Origin: Macrostomum hystrix | Lineage: Eukaryota; Animalia; Platyhelminthes | Length of the DNA: 64,000 bases | NCBI GenBank assembly: GCA_950097015.1 | Contig: CATNEN010000007.1 | Coordinates: 1,612,001 to 1,676,000, forward strand | Direction of reading: 5' to 3' | Part shown: piece after piece, positions 57,868 through 64,000 of the stretch | How the letters are laid out: every line of letters starts with the position of its first letter | How positions within the stretch are numbered: the first letter of the stretch is position 1 | Position numbers and translations under genes: made by a program | The notes under the pieces: model-generated | Told to the model about the DNA's origin: nothing | Database searches by the model: none | What the model saw: only the letters and a program-made list of their open reading frames with translations

Positions 57868-58490
57868 CAAGGGAGCGGAAATACGAGAGAAGGGAGCGGA
57901 TATACAAGAGAAGGGAGCGGATATACGAGAGAAGGGAGCGGATATACAAGAGAAGGGAGCGGATGTACAAGAGAAGGGAGCGGATGTACAAGAGAAGGGA
58001 GCGGATGTACAAGAGAAGGGAGCGGATGTACAAGAGAAGGGAGCGGAAATACAAGAGAAGGGAGCGGAAATACGAGAGAAGGGAGCGGAAATACAAGAGA
58101 AGGGAGCGGAAATACGAGAGAAGGGAGCGGAAATACGAGAGAAGGGAGCGGAAATACAAGAGAAGGGAGCGGAAATACGAGAGAAAGGAGCGGAAATACA
58201 AGAGAAGGGAGCGGAAATACAAGAGAAGGGAGCGGAAATACGAGAGAAGGGAGCGGAAATACGAGAGAAGGGAGCGGAAATACAAGAGAAGGGAGCGGAA
58301 ATACAAGAGAAGGGAGCGGAAATACAAGAGAAGGGAGCGGATATACAAGAGAAGGGAGCGGAAATATACAAGAGAAGGGAGCGGATATACAAGAGAAGGG
58401 AGCGGAAATACAAGAGAAGGGAGCGGATATACAAGAGAAGCGAGCGGATATACAAGAGAAGGGAGCGGATATACAAGAGAAGGGAGCGGA
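57868..58490. repeat. Minisatellite, 21 bp (tac[a/g]agagaagggagcgga[a/t][a/g])
   Basis: About 29 tandem copies. Confidence 0.95.
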
Positions 58491-60066
58491 AATAGAAGAT
58501 AATATTGCTGAGTTGGGAAAGAAGTGAACTAGAAGTATTTTTATTAGAAGTGAGTAATTCTACGAGCTATTTTAGCACATAAAACATAAATTTGACTGAC
58601 ACGGTGAATGCGTAAATCTACAAGAAATCATACTTTGTTTGCTTTAAGTCCGAATTTTAATCTCAAGCTTCAAGGACTTTGAAAAGCAGTAAGGGAAATA
58701 GGATATTGATAAGACTGTGGCAATTGTGAGTGTGCCATTGGGTGAAAGAACGACAGTCACAGTTACAAAACATGAGCAACCAAAAGTTTTTTAGCAACTT
58801 ACAAAAAACTGAAACATACTCGAAAAAGAGCGGTTGAAATTTGCACATTTTTCAATTCCCTACAACAAAGTCCCATGTAGCACAAGGAATTTTTTTCTAA
58901 AAAAAAGTGCACGCCGAAATTATTTCATAACGGAATTAAGCGTTTAGCCTAGTGAAAGAAAAGTTAAAAAACTTAAAGAATAAATAAAATTGATGCTTTA
59001 GAAATATTTTACAAAACACATGCAAACCGAAGCTTTGCAACAAAACCACTATTGATTAGAACAAATATAAAATTGCTTTGATTACTACTGGTAAGTAGTG
59101 AAACGAAAAGACACGAATATGAATAAAAGACTGATTATTGTCGACACGAATTTGTGTCTTAATAAATATACAAACAGGAAAATTGAATTCTGAGAGAAAA
59201 TGGCTAGTCGAAGAGCAGAAAATCGTTAGGTCCATAATTGAATTTTTGTTTTTGTATCTACAGTTTTCGCATTCAGTCTATTGCTTCTGTGATTTAAATA
59301 AAAATTAAAGCGGTGCGCAAAAAAACGCCAAGGATAAACATGTGCAGATACTATACGGCTAAACAAAAAGTACACAAACAGCATTAAGAATTAGAGAGCT
59401 CCGATCTTCTGAGATTTCAAACAAAACACAGGAAAATGGAGGAGAAGCAGCGGCGGACACTGCAGACTGGGTGGCGCAGCTGAATGCAATCTCTCCTAGG
59501 CACTAGAAAATGTACCAGTCCATTATTACGGACTTAAAACAACAGACAAACAAATGGAAACAATAGATAAATCACGGATAAAATGGGTCACAATTGAATG
59601 TACATTGAAAGAGACAAAAATTTAACATCATTTTATCGCCCTAGTTATAATAGGCAGCCGCGGACGAATGAGACGGAAAGACGGGCGGGTCCCGCGAAAG
59701 ATCGTGTCTTAGGGTGCAACTAATTTAACTGATTAGGCATCAGTTAGTTCACTTCTAAACATTTGCTATAAATGATAAATTCTTTATAATATTAAAATGC
59801 ATTATAATTGAAGAGACAAGGAAGGAATTTGAACAAGCAAAATAAATAAATGATCATTTTTATCGTCGCATTGACAAGAATTTGAAAGCAGTTTTAATGA
59901 CAGCCTAGGAGTTATCCGGAATTGGCTAATGAGGGCATCGGGGTCATGGCAAAGTCACACTTACTGCATAGGGTCAAGACAGTCACAATGCGAGTTAAAT
60001 AAGGTCAAATATAAGTTGCCGAATGCACCGGAGGTCATTGCTGAAATAAGCCGAGTAATAATTCAG

Positions 60067-63000
60067 TCAGTTAGTAGAGGCAATCACCTCGGCCGCCGCC
60101 AGCAGGTATCCCAGACTGTTGCTAAGCCGGTCCGCCGGACCGGAGGGTCGAACCCCCGACCTAGCGGTAACGTCGTCTTCTAGGCGAGCGAAATCGGCCG
60201 ACTCTGAGCGCAGTTTGTCCCTCTGCCGGCTCATATGAGACCAGAGCTCGTTCGCGTGGTACAGCGGCATGAGCTGGCCGAGCAGCTGCGCCTCGCGCTC
60301 AGTGGCCAGACTGCCGGTCCGGTGAGCTGAGCTCAGCGTTGCCAAGTCCGACCTGATTGGTTTGTAGGGCGTGGCACTTGTAGCTCGTACATTTGCAGGA
60401 TTGGATTTTATCAAAGAGAACGTGTACACGACTCGAATACAGGCATTAGAGAAGCATTTGAGTCATTAGAGAAGCGTTTGAGTCATTCGAGAAGCGTTTG
60501 AGTCATTCGAGAAGCGTTTGAGTCATTAGAGAAGCATTTGAGTCATTAGAGAAGCGTTTGAGTCATTCGAGAAGCATTTGAGTCGTTAGAGAAGCGTTTG
60601 AGTCATTAGAGAAGCGTTTGAGTCATTAGAGAAGCGTTTGAGTCATTCGAGAAGCGTTTGAGTCATTCGAGAAGCGTTTGAGTCATTAGAGAAGCATTTG
60701 AGTCATTAGAGAAGCGTTTGAGTCATTCGAGAAGCGTTTGAGTCATTAGAGAAGCGTTTGAGTCATTCGAGAAGCGTTTGAGTCATTAGAGAAGCGTTTG
60801 AGTCATTCGAGAAGCGTTTGAGTCATTCGAGAAGCGTTTGAGTCATTAGAGAAGCGTATGAGTCATTAGAGAAGCGTTTGAGTCATTCGAGAAGCGTTTG
60901 AGTCATTAGAGAAGCGTTTGAGTCATTCGAGAAGCATTTGAGTCGTTAGAGAAGCGTTTGAGTCATTAGAGAAGCGTTTGAGTTATTAGAGAAGCGTTTG
61001 AGTCATTCGAGAAGCGTTTGAGTCATTAGAGAAGCATTTGAGTCATTAGAGAAGCGTTTGAGTCATTAGAGAAGCGTTTGAGTCATTCGAGAAGCGTTTG
61101 AGTCGTTAGAGAAGCGTTTGAGTCATTAGAGAAGCGTTTGAGTCATTCGAGAAGCGTTTGAGTCGTTAGAGAAGCGTTTGAGTCATTCGAGAAGCATTTG
61201 AGTCGTTAGAGAAGCGTTTGTGTCGTTAGAGAAGCGTTTGAGTCATTAGAGAAGCGTTTGAGTCATTCGAGAAGCGTTTGAGTCATTCGAGAAGCGTTTG
61301 AGTCGTTAGAGAAGCGTTTGAGTCATTAGAGAAGCATTTGAGTCGTTAGAGAAGCGTTTGAGTCATTAGAGAAGCGTTTGAGTCATTAGAGAAGCGTTTG
61401 AGTCATTCAAGAAGCATTTGAGTCGTTAGAGAAGCGTTTGAGTCATTAGAGAAGCGTTTGAGTCATTAGAGAAGCGTTTGAGTCATTAGAGAAGCGTTTG
61501 AGTCGTTAGAGAAGCGTTTGAGTTATTAGAGAATCGTTTGAGTCGTTAGAGAAGCGTTTGAGTCGTTAGAGAAGCGTTTGAGTCATTAGAGAAGCGTTTG
61601 AGTCATTAGAGAAGCGTTTGAGTCATTCGAGAAGCGTTTGAGTCGTTAGAGAAGCGTTTGAGTCGTTAGAGAAGCGTTTGAGTCGTTAGAGAAGCGTTTG
61701 AGTCATTCGAGAAGCGTTTGAGTCATTCGAGAAGCATTTGAGTCGTTAGAGAAGCGTTTGAGTCATTAGAGAAGCGTTTGAGTCATTAGAGAAGCATTTG
61801 AGTCGTTAGAGAAGCGCTTTTCAAGGGTAAACAATGCTCTTAAACGAAGCTTCTTAATAAAAGTGATCGAGAAAGTATAAAACTGCCAAGTGCACCATTT
61901 AAATACTGTACAGTTCAGCGAAAAAGTGTGAGTTTAAACAAACTCTGAAGTAGGCCAGTGCAGCACTGCTATATCTCTCTATCACTCTTCCGCGAATGCC
62001 TTGAAAAAAAAAGTTAATACGCAAGCACAGCTAGCTGTAGCCGAGGCTAAAGGCATTTCCATTACTTTTTTTCCCAAAAATGTGCTTCCTAATTCTCTTT
62101 CACCCAAAGAAGACAAATAGTTTCGAAATGAAATGATTTCGCAGAAAAGACAGCAGAATGTATTTTTTCTGAAACGATTTTTCAAGATCAAAAAAGGCTT
62201 CCTACAGGGAGATAGAATCGATTATAAACTCTTAGAAAAAGTGCGAGTACCAAACGTAAACGCAGTCACGTCACTCACCTGTAGGTAAAGTAGATCCTAT
62301 ACTCCAGCAAAGACTTCAGCAGTAGAACGCACACCTCCGTTAGGCTAGCAACAGCCGCGGCCACAGAGTCATTAGCAACCGTTGGATGTAGCGATACCCG
62401 CCGATCGCGATCGGAGAAGGCCCGGCCGTGCTGCCTAACAAAGCCGGCAACGTCGCGATAGATTCGACGCGCTTCATTGGCGGACATCTGGCGCCGGTCC
62501 TCGGCCACCCAGCAGCCGGCGAGGTAGGCGACAGCAGATTCTAGGAAATGGCGACGATTGAGACGATCCTCCGCCTGACCACCGCTAGCGGCACTCTCCA
62601 ACTGCTGCCTGAGAGATTTGGCTCGTCGGAAAAGCGCCTCTCTGGATTCCTCCTGCCAGCGCTGCTCCATGGCGTCGGCTCTGGCCGACTGAAGCCGCTC
62701 CAGTTGAAGCAGCGAGTCGCCAGCCGAAGAGCTGGAGGTAGCCGAAGCTGACGAAGACAATAGCGACGTAGGAGCGGTCGTGGTCGATGCGGCCGCCGCG
62801 GCGGCGGCTGCAGCGGCGGCAAGCTCAGCGGAGGACTGTACAGGCGGCACAGCCGCTGTTGGACGCAGAGGCGGCGGTGCCTCCTCAGTCTGGGTAGCCG
62901 CCTCTTCGAAGCCGCGGCCAGCTGAAAGAAGAAGCTTCAAATCTAGGAGCAGAGTCAAGCCGTGCGAGTGCTTCACAGCTGAATGATGAGCGCTGGAAAT

Positions 63001-63210
63001 CCGGGCCCGTTTAGTAACTGACGGCGAGGGCGATCTGTACGCATTGTTCTCAACATCTGTAGCCGTGGTCCCAGTTGTAGCCGTAGATTCAGCGCGGCGT
63101 CTGCGCCCGTTAGCCTGGGCCGCGCCGGGGAAACGATGCGACAGCGGCGCGTCTTCCGGATCCTCCCAGGCGCTGCTGTACTGGGAGCCGGGTTGAACTG
63201 AACACGGCGG
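60067..63210 (-). CDS. Probable AF4/FMR2 (AFF/lilliputian) family protein, 3' part; exons 63210-62279, 60352-60067
   Basis: A Ser/Ala-rich region is followed by LFRRAKSLR...HFLESAVAYLAGCWVAE...IYRDVAGFVR...VCVLLLKSLLEYRIY|...LYHANELW...DFARLED...LGYLLAAAEVI*. By eye this parallels the AFF C-terminal homology domain (YLQEAKKLK, YYLDAVVSFIECG, MYSETV, LCLRCESLLYLRLF, FLYATEIW, FFAELD). Phase-2 GT-AG intron. Confidence 0.68.
60448..61817. repeat. Minisatellite, 20 bp (gagtcatt[a/c]gagaagcgttt)
   Basis: About 68 copies in the last intron of the AFF-like gene. Confidence 0.96.
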
Positions 63211-63264
63211 CTAGAAAAATGAAGGATTTTGAATAGGATGCATGCATACTACGGGGCCGCAACT

Positions 63265-63420
63265 TACCCTATTTTCTGCCTCAGTTGATGCCAGTGCCTA
63301 TTTTGCAGCTGGCTGAACTGAAGCATCAGGGAATTAAGCGTCTTGCTCGAACTGAGGTTCGAACTCGTGACCTCTCGATTGAAATGCCAAGCTCTAACCC
63401 CATGGAGGCTGGTAGCCTAT
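63265..63420 (-). mobile_element. Diverged tRNA/CORE-like SINE related to family B
   Basis: Reverse complement: tggggttagagc...gagttcgaacc (B box)...gagcaagacgc...tgcttcagttcagccagctgcaaaatagg. Confidence 0.7.
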
Positions 63421-63679
63421 GAAAAGGTAAACTAGGAGCGCAGATACGGAGATCACGAAGGTCAAGGTAAGGGCTAAACTATTTTCTAAGATAATAGAAA
63501 ACTTTTTAGAGGCAGACAGAAACCATTAATGAGTCCAAGAATAAGTGCTTTCCAAATAAACACAAGGACAGTAGGGGTACTTTCTATCTAGAATTAAATG
63601 GCTTAGCAGCATGGCGGTCCGAATACGCAGCGAGGCTCCTACCCAATTCTAACCCATTCTAACGCAACTGCCCCATTTG

Positions 63680-64000
63680 AACCTGAATTCCACCCAATTA
63701 AATCCTAGCTCTACCCCATTCAAGCCTAACTCTACCCCATTAAATCCTAGCTCTACCCCATTCAAGCCTAACTCTACCTAATTCAAGCCTAACTCTACCC
63801 CATTAAATCCTACCTCTACCCCATTCAAGCCTAACTCTACCTAATTCAAGCCTAGCTCTACCCTATTCAAGCCTACCTCTACCCCATTCAAGCCTACCTC
63901 TACCCCATTCAAGCCTACCTCTACCCCATTCAAGCCTAGCTCTACCCCATTCAAGCCTACCTCTACCCTATTCAAGCCTACCTCTACCCCATTCAAGCCT
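63680..64000. repeat. Minisatellite, 22 bp (ccccattcaagcctacctctac), runs off the window end
   Basis: Tandem copies visible directly. Confidence 0.92.

Noticed and set aside
59725-59760. Hairpin aactgat-taggc-atcagtt followed by ctaa (possible Helitron 3' end)
   Set aside because: AT-rich 7-bp stem, no 5' TC end or A/T insertion site identified; chance is likely.

Overview
Eukaryotic genomic DNA: intron-rich genes with GC-rich exons, and roughly a third of the window (about 23 kb by my tally) is tandem repeat, mostly 16-38 bp minisatellites in introns. This architecture suggests a flatworm such as Macrostomum, which is inference, not proven. Genes reconstructed by hand with phase-consistent GT-AG junctions: cytochrome b561 (3' part, +), a multi-C2H2 zinc-finger gene (+), an intronless orphan type I membrane protein (-), NDUFA5 (+), a PLPP4/5-like lipid phosphatase (+), a minimal claudin-like 4-TM protein (-), a 14-exon GABA-B-like class C GPCR (+) and the 3' part of a probable AF4/FMR2 (AFF) gene (-). 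Mobile DNA: two tRNA-derived SINE families (one nested in the other with a 9-bp TSD), an internally deleted mariner, a P-like MITE and a Merlin-like MITE (both with 8-bp TSDs). Best leads: (1) NDUFA5 has no genomic in-frame ATG and starts exactly at a splice acceptor, as expected if the flatworm spliced leader supplies the AUG; (2) minisatellites that appear to be seeded on splice-donor sequences, one with GT lost from every amplified copy and one with more than 20 YAG|GTGAG copies; (3) a duplicated atypical zinc-finger module. Most long ORFs in the supplied track are translations of repeats. All protein comparisons were made by eye from recalled family motifs; no searches were run.
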